From the human T2T-CHM13v2.0 reference genome, Homo sapiens: DNA of 64,000 bases. The notes below the pieces were generated by a model. That model searched no databases, had not been told where the DNA came from, and saw nothing but the letters and a program-made list of their open reading frames with translations. Shown here one piece after another: positions 43,130-59,946 of this stretch. The DNA lies in assembly GCF_009914755.1 (NCBI RefSeq), contig NC_060935.1; one strand, 5' to 3'. Made by a program: the position numbers and the translations under genes. How positions within the stretch are numbered: the first letter of the stretch is position 1; every line of letters starts with the position of its first letter.

Positions 43130-43500
43130 AAATGTTTCCACAGGTCCTTGATAAACTAGGGAAAAAGACCCCCAGGGCTTTCTGATAGCAGGCGGGTGTC
43201 CTTGATAGCGTGACGGGTGGGGCAGGCGGAACTTTGGCATCAGGGCGCAGGGATGGATTCTAACGGTTTCTTTGCTGGTTGAAGAGGCTGCTTCCTGCCG
43301 ACTTCTTTTTTTTTTCTTCTTATTCTTCACTTACCAGCCCAGCTTGTGAATGTGAAGGAGTTGTCCCTTTTCCAAATGAACAGGACTGGTGTATCAGGTG
43401 GCCTTGCCATTGTATGCATCTGCCGGTCTGAGAAAGCAAGTGTTCTGTCTGTATCTGCAACTGTTTGTGTCTCACGCTTTGCAAATCTCTTATCCCTCTG
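43130..43500 (-). promoter_or_regulatory. LMO2: LMO2 intermediate promoter/enhancer region just upstream of exon 2
   Basis: Repeat-free and CpG-retaining. Contains TGATAA/TGATAG x3 (43149-43208), MYB TAACGG (43261-43266), Ets CTTCCTG (43291-43297) and CTTATC near 43488. Lies about 12.5 kb upstream of the proximal promoter. Confidence 0.7.
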
Positions 43501-45168
43501 AGTCTCAGAAATCTCCCATGAGTGAAAAAGGGCAGGTAGCCTGGTGCCCATTTGATAGGAGAGGAAATTAGGCCAAAGCCCTTTCAAATCTCAAACATGC
43601 CTAAACTAGAGAACTGGATGACCCTTGTTCCTTAGACTCGGGCATTCTTGCTCACAGGAATGTCTTTTGAAAATTTATTTTTCAAGAGGAAGAGCTTCAT
43701 GAGGCAAAAGCCAACACGCAGACACCGTATTACCTAGCGGCATTTATTGGATTTGTCTCTTGAGTGATTCAAACAAAAGATTACAGTTATAAATAGATAG
43801 ACCTAATTGTTGCAAACAATGCCTACCTTTTATTGAGCACTTATTATGTGCCAGGCATTTTAAATACTTGATCTTATTCAATCCTGATAAAAAACCTCCT
43901 GAGATCAGTAATATTATTCCAATTTTACAGAGGAGGAAAGTGAGAGAGAAATTTCAATAACTTTCCCAGGGTCATACAGCTGCATAAATGTAGGAGACGG
44001 AATTTAGACCTAGGTCTTCTGACTATGCCCTCACCTCATTCACTATGCCAGTGTTTCCCAAATTTCCTACGTTTGCATGTTAGGAATACATATTCTTAGG
44101 CCCACACCCAATCTCCCAGATCAAGGGAGAAACCTCAGAAGGCCTTTCCCTGGATACCTGATCTAAAAAATAGCCTCCTCCCCAGGCACTAACACACCGT
44201 TATTTAATTTTCATCATTATATTTGTCACTACTTGATATTTTCTTATTTGTGTATTTGCATATTGTCTTTCTTCTCCACTAAGGGATGAGTTCCATAAGT
44301 GCAGATACAAGATGTCCAACGTTTTAACTTCTAGAAACTGACCAAGGGGGATGGTACCTACGAAGTACTCAAAACATATTTATTAGATAAGTTAGTAGAC
44401 ACTGTCCAAAGTATTGTGTTAAGAAGAATTGTGAGTCTGGACCCAGGTTCTGGAGAGAAGATGAGAACACTGGTGTGTGTCCTGAGGTTTCAGGATGGGA
44501 AAGTGTTGGCACATAGGCCATGTATTTGCCATCCCAGAGAAAGAAACTCAGTCTCCCCAAAATTAAGAGGAAGATGACACAGAAAGTCAGTAGGAGAGCC
44601 AGGTAAAATGCAATCACTTCTTTCCAAGACCTTTATCTCTTACTTGGAAGTCAAAATGAACACATTTGTAATGGAGAAGAAATCCATGGTCAACAGTGAG
44701 GTGCTGATCAAAACTGCAATCAGATTGGATTAGGGAGAGATCAGAGTGGATGGACATCAGCATGGAAGGCTTTCTGGAGGAAGCAGAAAATCGAGTTGCC
44801 CCTTGATGAGCGATTATCTGGAAACTTCCTTTGTTGTCAGGCTTGTACTTTGAGCTATACATAGAGTGTTTTTTAGGCCCTTGCAACACTCTAATGAAGT
44901 AAGTATTGTAATCATAATTTTATGGGTGATGAAACTGAGTCACAGAAAGCCTACAGAACTTGCTCCAGCTCACAGAGCTACTAAGGACTGAGTAGGAATT
45001 AACAGCCGGTGATTTCAATAATGGTTTTCTTAACAGAGCAGGTGTGTCTGGTAGGAAACAGCCCAAGTAAGGGTCTGGGTATGGGGTCAGTTGGAGGAGC
45101 TGGAGGTGCAGTTCACAGGTAGTAATGAAGTCAGCTGGTTGCAGAATTGGACCATAACAATATTCCAG

Positions 45169-45668
45169 TGAAAGGAACCAGATCTGCTGTTCTCTCCCAT
45201 TTAAAAGCCTTGGATGCCAAAACGCACCACACCTGACCCGGTGATCACAGGCAATTCAAAGGTGTATTACTTATGCAGGCATAGGCAGCGAGGGAAGCCA
45301 CTGGTTGAGGGCCCCACTGAGAAGAGGACTCCCTGACTTCTGGGGAGGAGAAAGAGCCTGGTGCTGGGGACCTACGTAGATATAGGACAGGGGCCCACCT
45401 GTTGAATAATGCCGAGAGGAGGTAGTGGGGGAAGATTAATTTTGAGTGATCTGCTCCATTGGGGGTCAGGCTGGGGGTGGTCAATCAAAAAGAGTAAGGG
45501 TGAGTTTTCTTGCATATGATTACTAGGTGCTGCAGAGGTGAGTGGGGCTGAGTGGGTGGTGAGGGGTGGGGTGCCCTGATGGTTTCTGCCCCAGTGGGTG
45601 TTAACTATTTGGACAAATGACATTTTGCTGGGAGCAACTTTTTGCACTCAACTCAATTTCTTCAAAAT
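45169..45668 (-). mobile_element. Putative 3' LTR of an old ERV
   Basis: Follows the env remnant and a PPT-like AGGGAGTGAA (45678-45669, minus strand) and ends in TTTCA at 45169. The boundaries are inferred. Confidence 0.5.
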
Positions 45669-48640
<2,972 letters not shown>

Positions 48641-48690
48641 GCAGCATCTTATTGTGGAAGGCCTTAGCTGCAAGTCTCCAGGAATGTGGA

Positions 48691-49020
48691 TTTTTTTTTT
48701 TTTTTTTTTGAGACAGGGTCTTGCTCTGTTGCTCAGGCTGGAGTGCAGTGGTGATACTGTGGTTCACTGCAGCCTTGACCTTCTGAGTTCAGGTGATCCT
48801 CCCACCTCAACCTCCCAAGCAGCTGTGTGTGCCACCACGCTTGGCTAATTTTTGTTTTGTTCTTTTGTTTTGTTTTTTGTTTGTTTGTTTGTTGGCTTTT
48901 TGTAGAGATGGGGTTTTGCCATGTTGCTCAGGCTGATCTCAAACTCCTGGGCTCAAGCCATCTGCCCGCCTTGGCCTCCCAAAGTGATGGGATTACAGGT
49001 GTGAGCCACTGCACCTAGCC
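48691..49020 (-). mobile_element. AluJ
   Basis: TSD GAATGTGGATTT. Confidence 0.92.
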
Positions 49021-49459
49021 AAGAATGTGGATTTAATGAGCCACTAGTCCATGGAAGACTCTTGAACAGGGGAAGGATGTGAGTGGAGTTGCATTTGGGT
49101 TGGGTTGGGGTGGGGAGAGGCTGGAGGTGAGGCTGCTGTGCTAGGAGCTTAACCACCAGTGAAGGGTTGAAGAAAGGAGGTGGGGGCAGGGGGAATGACT
49201 GAGTGGGCAATGACAGAGGCACTCACGTGACTGGCCAAGACTTGTCTGCAGGAGACCAGGGAGCTATAGCCAGGCAGCTGCAGGGCCATTGATAGAAGCT
49301 GCCATGGCTTGAGCACTTGCTCTATGCATACTCACGCAAGCGCATTCGTATATGATCTCGCTCATCCCTCACACTGAGGTCATTTGTGGGATGCAAATGG
49401 CCAGCCTTATGCTTCTGCCCCATCCACACAGGTCAGGGGCCATACTCTGTGCCACTGCC

Positions 49460-50030
49460 AGGGGGATCCTTTCATAACCTGCATCAGATCATTTCGCTCC
49501 TCTGCTTGAAGCTCTCCCAAGGTTTCCTTCTTGCCCAGAGTAAAAAGCCAAAGTCCTATAAGGCCCTGCATATCTGGCTCTAGCCATCTCTGTGTCCCCT
49601 TCTCTTACACTCCCTTCCTCCTTCCCTCCCTCTGCTTCATCCACACAGGACCCCTTGTCATTCTTCAAACTCTTGCTTTAGGGCCTTTGCTCTTCTCCTT
49701 CTTCCGGGAACATTCTTCCCCAGATGTGAGTTCTTCTTATTAGAAAGGTCTTCCTTCATCACCTGAGTAAGACACTAATAACCCGGGCCAGCGCATTCCA
49801 TTTTCCCTCACTCTGTGTTATTTTTCTCCCTAGCACATATTGCCATCTGGCATACTATATGTGTACTTGCTTATTTGATTGGTGTCTGTCTCCCCCTCTC
49901 AAGTTTGTAAGCCCCTTTCAGGCAAGAGCAATGTTTGTTTTGTTGACGTCTACGTATCCGCAGTGCCTAGAACAGTTCCTGCTGTGTATGAGGCGCCCAG
50001 TAAACACTTGCTGAGTGGATGAATGAAGTG
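49460..50030. mobile_element. L2 fragment
   Basis: cagtgcctagaacagttcctg...gaatgaa 3' end. Confidence 0.7.
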
Positions 50031-50804
50031 TGTATTATCATCCTGATTCAATGAAAGGGAAAACTGAGGCTCAGGAAGGGTACGCAACTTCTCCAGGCAG
50101 GACAGCTAGTAGTCGCCAAAGCCAGGGTTCAAGTCTGACTACAAAGCCTGTCCTATTTCCGTTAGGGTAGAATACCCTCGAGGAGTCTTGGATCTTTGTA
50201 ACTGAGAAAATGGATCTTTAATAAACAGAAATGGGGAAATTGAACAGGTTTGGGTAATAGGGGAAAGATGACAAGGTCATTTGGAGCTCTGCTCTTCTTT
50301 GAGTGCAGTGGGACCTCAGAGGCTAGGGGTAGCCATTTGAGCATCTCCTGTGTACCAGGCACTGTACTGGGCACTAAGAATTTAAAAATAAACAAGACAC
50401 CGTCCCTACCCTTGAGGAGCTCACCAACTAGGGGTGAAATGTCCAGGACACACTCTCTGAGTTCCTAGGGCTGCAGCTAACCTTAGCCAGACCAGAGCAC
50501 AGATGAGCTCGCAGCCAGACTCTCCAGGCCAGATACGGGCCAGGCAGCAGCATCCGTTCAACAGAATCGCTGAGCAGTTCTGTTGTGCCAGACAAAGCAG
50601 TCACACTAGAGATACAGAAGCAGGTCAGACAAGGGTCCATTCTCAGAAGCTCACAGCAGTGAGGAGGAAGCATCCTTCACTCATTTGTTCATTCATCTGT
50701 CAGCTAGAAAACAAGTACTTGCCATGTGCCAAACACTCCTAGGCTCTTGTTATAAAACAATGAAGAAAAGAGACATGATCCCTACATTCAAGGAACTTAC
50801 AACC

Positions 50805-51817
<1,013 letters not shown>

Positions 51818-52489
51818 TAGAGGTGAGTAATTATAATAAGTGATATTATTATTATTATTACTCTTAACAACAATGACAATGATGACTGATGAGGGCTAAG
51901 TACCAGCTACTATCCAAGCACTTCCATGATTTATTTCTATTATTTCTCACAATGACCCTATGGGTACCCCTATATTACAAATGAGAAAACTGAGGCTGCC
52001 ATCTTTCTAAGGTCTAAAGTGATTTTCTGGGAGCACAAACAAGAGCTTAATTAATTTTAACAGATAAAGACAGAAAAGGCTTCACAGAAGATTCACCTTT
52101 TCAGGGCAACCTAAAGAAGTATGGGTTGGTTTTCTTTAAGCTGAAACATTACGGCAAGAACCTGGAGTAATATCTGCTTCAAAGGGGAGTTATGCAAAGT
52201 CAACAAGAGAAGACGTGTAAAACCCAAGCACAGTACCTGGCACAAAGTAGATGCTCCCAAATCTTTGTTCCCCTTCATTGATCCTCTGTGATGGAAGGAA
52301 CTTGTAGCCACTTTCCTCATCCGCCTTGGTTTTTCAAAAACACCCTTTGAAGTTATAACCTCCTTGGGAGCCAAGGCTTCTCTGAAGCACCCCATTACAA
52401 TCTTTGCCCTCAACTCAGAACTGGAATGTGTTTGAAAATGCTAACAAGGGCAGCAGCCCCACCTCTTCGTCATTGCCTAAGGTTGTTAG

Positions 52490-52493
<4 letters not shown>

Positions 52494-52546
<53 letters not shown>

Positions 52547-52556
52547 CACTCACACA
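52494..52556. repeat. (CA)n microsatellite in intron 1
   Basis: Long CA run with two interruptions. Confidence 0.97.
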
Positions 52557-52943
52557 GTTGCTGGGGAGATCATGGTAAACACAAGCCTCTCTTTTGGATC
52601 AGAATAATTGAGTGGTCTCCCTTTGTGGCCAGTGTACAGGAACAAATTAGATGGGTAAATTAGCAGTTCCCGAAGACATTAGCAACCAGCGGCTCACACA
52701 GCAAGCGCCTGACTCACCGTGGGGCCTCTCCAAGTCACAGCCTATGAATAGATGCTCTTCCTCCCTCCGAAAGAGAAGCCAGAGTGCCCGGAACACCACA
52801 GGGGAAGCTTGAAGACTTGTACCCCTTTGGAGTCTTTTTATTTTAAAAGACCAATTTAATCACCACTTCTTCTGGCTCCTTGAAGATGAAAAAAGTTCCC
52901 TTGCAATCGTCCATTCATCAGAGAATTAATGAAGCCTACTCAC

Positions 52944-53438
52944 CAGCAGATGATGTAATCCTGGTGGCTTCCCCCATCAGATCTAGGCTGCCTGCCCCAC
53001 GGATACCTTCTGGGCTAATTGCCTGCTTTGCACCTGTTCCTTCTCGGGAGGCCCTGGCACCCTAGCACCTGGTGCCTGTGCCATCTCCCCTCTCTGCCAG
53101 GACACCCAGAGGCCCTTGTGAATAGCAAAGCCCACTTAACGGCTGAGGGCAGGTGGGGGTATTTCCTTCTCAATTCTGCTCAAGGCCCGTTGCTGTTCTT
53201 TGAGGATGTTGCAAATCCAGGGTTTGGAGGGCTGGGCCTCTTGGTGGCCTGGTTGTCTATCTGATAGGGCGGAGCCTTCACCCTTGCAGCGAGCTCTCTC
53301 ACACCAGATGTGCTCTGCGTGGAATCCTAGGCCATCAGGGGATTCCTTAGCAAGCCCTGCAGGACCCAAATCCTAACTCAGACCCTCATCCTCCTACTCA
53401 GAATGTGGAGACTTGTGATCCTCAGTTTGGACGAATTC
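52944..53438 (-). other. LMO2: LMO2 exon 1 (distal promoter, non-coding)
   Basis: Donor CTG|GTGAGT at 52944/52943. The 5' limit is uncertain: the GAATTC at 53433-53438 is the start of the long cDNA as I recall it, and the true TSS may lie further 3'. Confidence 0.8.
52950..52960. promoter_or_regulatory. PAR-bZIP (HLF/TEF)-type site in exon 1
   Basis: ATGATGTAAT resembles RTTAYGTAAY. A PAR-factor site is described in LMO2 distal exon 1; assigning it to this exact motif is my inference. Confidence 0.6.
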
Positions 53439-53500
53439 CAAGAGACCTTCCAATTCCCAGAGGCCATCTTTGGTTCTGTTCACACATAGCTCCCTCTCCC
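53200..53500 (-). promoter_or_regulatory. LMO2: LMO2 distal (haematopoietic) promoter
   Basis: Palindromic double GATA CTATC-T-GATAG (53257-53267), GC box GGGCGG (53267-53272) and E-box CAGATG (53305-53310). Confidence 0.75.
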
Positions 53501-53828
53501 TCCTAGGCCTTCTCCCTTTGAATTTCTCCCCTACACCATCAGCCTGTATTTACTTCTCCTTCTTGCTTAATGCATGACTATATTATCCCAGTTAAGGGGG
53601 TCTGCAGGTTTTATCAGAAAGTTCAGAGGCTCACATGACCTGGATTGGAACTTGGCTCAGCCACTGACTAGCCAGACAAACTCAAATAACGTACACAGCT
53701 TCTCAGCACCTCACCCCCTCATTCATAAAAAACAGGGACAATGGTACCCACTTTGCAGGGTTGTTGAGTGGATTAAATTAAACAACACAAGGAAAGAGCT
53801 TTCCTAAGTTCCAATGCTATGTAACACA

Positions 53829-53856
53829 CACAGTATTGTCTTACCCAGCAATAATT
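53829..53856 (+). other. Cryptic RAG 12-RSS (t(11;14) breakpoint signal)
   Basis: Heptamer CACAGTA, 12-nt spacer TTGTCTTACCCA and nonamer GCAATAATT. Matches the LMO2 cryptic RSS used in recombination assays, as I recall it. Confidence 0.85.
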
Positions 53857-56293
53857 TCGGTGCACGGATCTGATCATCTCTTAATTAAATATTGAATTCT
53901 CCTAACACGGTTCTTTTTTTGAACCCCTCAGGGTCTGAACAGTTATAAGTGCACAGAAGTTGGGTCTTTATGAGCTGAATAAAAGGAGACTCCGGCTGTC
54001 TTCTCTTTTGTCCTTACCATAAAGCTCTTATCAGCTGCTCTCCTGGCCCTGCCTCTGACCCTGGGCTTTGGGGCCACTATAGGCTCTCCTTTCCTTGTCC
54101 CCCTCTGAGTCCTGAAGTCCTGGTTTGCAATCTGCTGTTGCAGTTCTCTGGAATGGCTGCTTCCCCATGCGCCCCTGTCTGTCAGCTACCTCCCCCGCAT
54201 GCATGTCTGTCTGCTGGGCAAGGCCCAATTCCGAGGTGACAGCTCACCGGGCCTCACCCACAAGTCTCTTCCAAGCATTAGCAGCCCACCCCAGTCCAAA
54301 GATATCTTTTATAGCTGATCTCTGGTGGCACCTCCTACCTTCCAATTAGGAGCCTGTCAACACCCAGGCCATCACTCTTCCTGCAGTGTCTGACAACACA
54401 CACGCCTGCCGCGGCTGCGCCGGGAGAGTCAAGCAAAATTGTTTCCATGGTGGTGGTGGTGGCCTGAGCACAAGAGTTGAAATCTAGGTGAATCTGAATC
54501 TAGTTCTGCCTTCTCACTTTGCAAGGAGGTGTCTTATTTCTCTTTGAATTGGCAGCACCAAGCATCATGCCTGGCACACAGTAGGTACTCATAAATAAAC
54601 ACGTGTAAATCAAAAAGGCCGAAGATACATTGCTAGCTTGCAGACTCCCTTTCTCAATGTCTAATGATATCCAGTTCATTTCTTTCTCTTACATGTGCAA
54701 ATCAGAAAGTTAGCTCATAACTCATCTGTTGTGACTTTTTCTTTCCTTTACTTTTGTGGTTGAAAATAAATTTACCCCAGAAAAGAGAGAGAGAAGGTGC
54801 CTGATTCCTTTGTCCTCCCTCTTCGATCCTCTCTAAATCCCTGGGTCATGGTAAGACTCTCTGAAATTCAGGGCCATTTTCAGACACTGGAGCCAATGAG
54901 GGAAGTATGACACAATCGAACATTTTTCTTATCTGGCAGTGTGGTCTGGTGGTTAGCATACGGGCTCTGCCAGTCGGAAGTCTGCCTTTCTATTTCTGGG
55001 GCTTAGGGGAAACCATGAAGCAACAGTCTTAGCAGCCCACTCACTCTTGCTTTCTCTTTCTCAATGTAAAATTGAGTTCACATTGGACCTGCTTACCCAC
55101 AGCAGTCACCAGCTCAACCAGGGAAGGAAACGCACCACCCTGCTAGCCCTGCTTCAGCCTTGGGTGAGGCTGTGAAGGCTGGTGGTAAGCCGATGAAAGA
55201 TAATCCAAAGAAATGAAAGTGAGGGTGATGAGTAGGAGAGCGGTTTGGGGCTGAGGGTACGAAGATGCCATGATGACTGACTTAACCACATCAAACTAAA
55301 CCATGTCTCCTACTACAATTCACCAGCCTGAAATTGTGAGAGGATCTCGGGCGCGGAGATTTCGCTGGCTAAGGGGCACCCTGTGTGCCTACAAGAGGAG
55401 GTGGGAGGGAAGTTAACCTTGCGTTGTCCTCCAGGGCGCAAATCCAAAAGTGGGAAAAAGGGGAAGTTCTTTGATCTGAAGTAGAAAAAGTCGGGGAGAG
55501 AAGGAGAAACACCCAGAATGGCAACAAATTTGATGAAATCAGAGGGACAAAAAGAAGAGAAGGGTATTAAGATCAGATCTTCTGAAGGGCAGAGAACTAT
55601 AATGACACAGTTGCTTTATTGCTGGACCCAGGACAGTTTATACAGCAGTTCGGAAAGGCCTCTTGAGGGGTTATCTGTGTCAGCCCAGCCTAGCATCGAT
55701 AGAAACATGAATCTCTGGGAAATTATCTTGTGCCTCAGACTTCAAAGTACATAGAGATTTGAACAGCCTTGAAGTCGATAGGAAAACTTTCAGCATTTGA
55801 TCAGTCGAATTATCCCACCATAACTCTGCAAGTTCTTGAGCCACATCTAGAAAGAACAAGGCAAGTTAGGGAAAAATCATCATTTAACATGTCATTTCTT
55901 TCCTCATTTCTACCCAAATGATCTTTAGGTCTCAATTCCTGCTCCTGTTGTCGTTTTTGCAACCAGGAAGCTGTGAGACCTTTGGGTTATCTTTAGAGTG
56001 AGACCCTCTAGAAGGTTTTAGGCCGAGCCTTGGGCTGGGTGATGAGATGGCATTGACTGTGGGCTGACTATTGCTTTGGAGTTGTGAGAATTTCCTCTCT
56101 GCAAAGGAGGTTCAAATACTATGTTTTCCCGGCTAATTGTTCATTATGCAGAGTGTCAGACTATGGTCAGAATATAGTGTTTTACAGGATCCCAGTGTTA
56201 ATATCACAGAAAAGTCCAGCTGACATTATGTGATGTAGGGTGCTTTAAAAGAAAAAAAAAAAAAAACAGTTCCTCTGCAGGGGGCAACACTAA

Positions 56294-56611
<318 letters not shown>

Positions 56612-58154
56612 AGGATACTAGCTTTGTGACATCAAAAATCTGGGTTTGAATTCCGTCTTGGCCCTTACTCAGGCAAGCCACTTACTCTCTCCTCCTCCAC
56701 TTTTCATCTGCAGATGAGGATTACAAAACCCTCTTAAGGCTGTTGTGAGAATTTAATCAGATATACAATTAGTATAATCTCTGGCACATAGCAAGTTGTA
56801 ATTTATTGCCCCTCTGTCCCAGAGTGCATGTGGAGACTTAATTTTTAAATATTAAAAACAAAGTTTTCACTGGGTTTCCAGTCTGTTGATGTTTATGGAG
56901 AGAAAGCTTTCAACTGACAAACGCTATCCAAGTGACAGAGCCCATTTCAGCATGGCGACTAAGGCTGATGATGTTCTGCTCTTAAGTGGAGATCAGCAAA
57001 TGTTAAACAGGAGCCCCACCTGCTCTACCAGACAGCAGCAAAGTGCTTGTCTCATTTTCTTTCCAACTTGTTACCATCCTTGTGTAACAGACAAGGTAAT
57101 TTAAGCTGGGTCTAGACATGTCTGAACCAGTCTGGAGGGCCAATAGGACACCCTCCCTTCCAGACCTAATTACTTGCAGGATCAAGGAGCCTCTCGGAGA
57201 ACAACATGTCCCATGGAGAAGCAAAGTTGAAGGGGCATTTGTTTTATTCAAGAACAACAGGAAATAGCAGAGGAAGAACAGCTCTCGGACCCCCAGTGGA
57301 GTCCTAGAGCAAGAGAGCTATAAGAGAGGGAGTGAAAATTGAATCAAAGGCTTTTCACTGAGATATCTGGGGAAGAGCAAGACACAAAGCTCTGGGGCCA
57401 GCTGCTTGGCTGTGAATAAAGATGATGGCACTGGTGGCTTCAGGGAATGGTGCCCTAAGGGCCAGTTTCGATGACCTTGGTTTAGGCAGCATCACTCACC
57501 TTTGAGGTCATTCACACTTACACATTCATTCATTCATTCATCTAACACATTTATTGAGTGGCTGTTATGTGCCAGGTGGGGCATCAATGCCTTTGGTGTG
57601 GAAATGAGTATCCTTGATACATGTGAATCCACAAGAAACATTCCTGGGGATTTGCTCCCAAAACTATTTGTAAAGGGGCAAGGAATGTGACAGATCTAGC
57701 GCCCCCATAGTGCAGGAGCCAGGGGAATCCACCAACTCCGGCCTGGTCACCACCTCTGCGACCCTGTTTTTATCTGAAGGCGTGTGTGGTCTGGGACCTG
57801 TGATGCTCATCTGTAAAATGAATTGGCTTGACTGCATGATCTCTAAGATCTGTATTTTATTGAAACTTCTACAGATTGAAACTCTAAGTCCTCATAATAA
57901 GCAATAATGAATCATGAACTAGACATTTTGAAAGCAGCATATATTACTTTGTGATCCAGCTTAACTGCTTGAATTATCAGTGTCTGAAATGATCCCCATC
58001 CCTCATTCCTCCCCTTTATCCTCTCTATGGTAGGATCAGGCACGACATTGCTTCAGCCCCTTCTACCATGTAGATTTACAGGCCCAGAAATGTTCGTTAA
58101 TTTGGATTTCAAAGTGAATTCTTTCGTCTTTTAAATAAAGCCAAATATATATAT

Positions 58155-58382
58155 TTTTTTAATTTTGTTTTCAAAACAGGGTCTTGCCCTGTCACCCAAG
58201 CTGGAGTGCAGTGGTGTGATCATAGCTCACCACAGACTACAACTCCTGGCTCAAGCAGTCCTCTGCCTCATCCTCCTTATTAGCTGAGACTACAGATGCA
58301 AGTCATCATGCCTGGCTAAGTTTTTTAAAAATCTTTTTTTTTCTTTTGTAGAGATGGGGCTTGCTTTATTGGCCAGGCTGGC
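58155..58382 (-). mobile_element. Truncated AluJ
   Basis: Diverged reverse Alu. Confidence 0.85.
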
Positions 58383-59429
58383 AAAAATATTTTTTAAGTT
58401 GTGCATGAGCCAACACTGAGGACAAAAAATTAAAAATCAGCAGGCTGACTTTAACTAATGGCTACCAGTTCGCAACCTTTAATTTTAATAATTAGGTATG
58501 GGTTGATTCAGGAGAAATGGGATCTAGCCATATCTGGCTCCTACCTGGCTTGAGCGGATCATCAAACTTCTCTGAGACTCAAGTTTCCTCATCTTATGAT
58601 GAGATTTTAGAATTCAATATTCCTTCCAACTCTTGACAGTCTGTGCCTGTGTTTTAGAGCAGTAATGTCATGTGTGTACTTGTTGGCTCGTGAATATGTC
58701 ACCGCTTTTGCATTCAAGATTGGAAAGTATGTGCATGTCCTTTTTGCTGGGAGGTAGGAGGCTCCAAAAAAGTATCATGACTTTACCTTTCCTCTTTGTA
58801 TTAGAAACAACTGAGAAATAGACCAGGAAGCCAAGTGAGAATTAAACTATAATATGTGCTCTCTTGCTGGCAAAGTGGAATAGTGACTGCCCTTTCAACC
58901 TGTGGTCAAAGTAGAGATCATTACCTCCTCCTCAAGTTTAGGCCAAAGGATCTGCCTGTGGGCAGAATTTGGGATGCAGAATAGAACTTTACACTGACAG
59001 CCATACTGAGGACCCGGCCTTCTCACACTGTGGGAGCATCACTAACAGTCAGTGCCCAGCACATCCCACCTGGGCCATGTTCCAGGTGTGCGTACCTGGC
59101 CCAGTGACTCCAGGAAGCAGGAGATGAAAAGAAACCTGACTCTACATGCAGACAGATCACTGAGCAACAAACTTCAGAGGAAGCAGGGCTACTGCTAGCC
59201 CACATGATGCCTCTGTAAGAATTAGAAAAAGCTGCCTCTTCCTCTGGGCAGACACTGCCACATCAGAGTGCGTGGCTTAGCAAGCAGGAAATAAATTATA
59301 TTTCAGCCCCAAACTCATCTACCCTGCTGCATAATCACAGCAGCAGCTTGGGCGGGGCTCCCATTTTATGGGCTGAGGATGGGACTGCAAGATGAGGGCC
59401 TTGAGTCATTGTCATAAGTTCTGTGGCTA

Positions 59430-59946
<517 letters not shown>

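Noticed and set aside
55428-55440. CCTCCAGGGCGCA as a CTCF site
   Set aside because: The core is a base short of the required spacing.
54500-56200. The described T-cell negative regulatory element upstream of the distal promoter
   Set aside because: I cannot place it from sequence alone.
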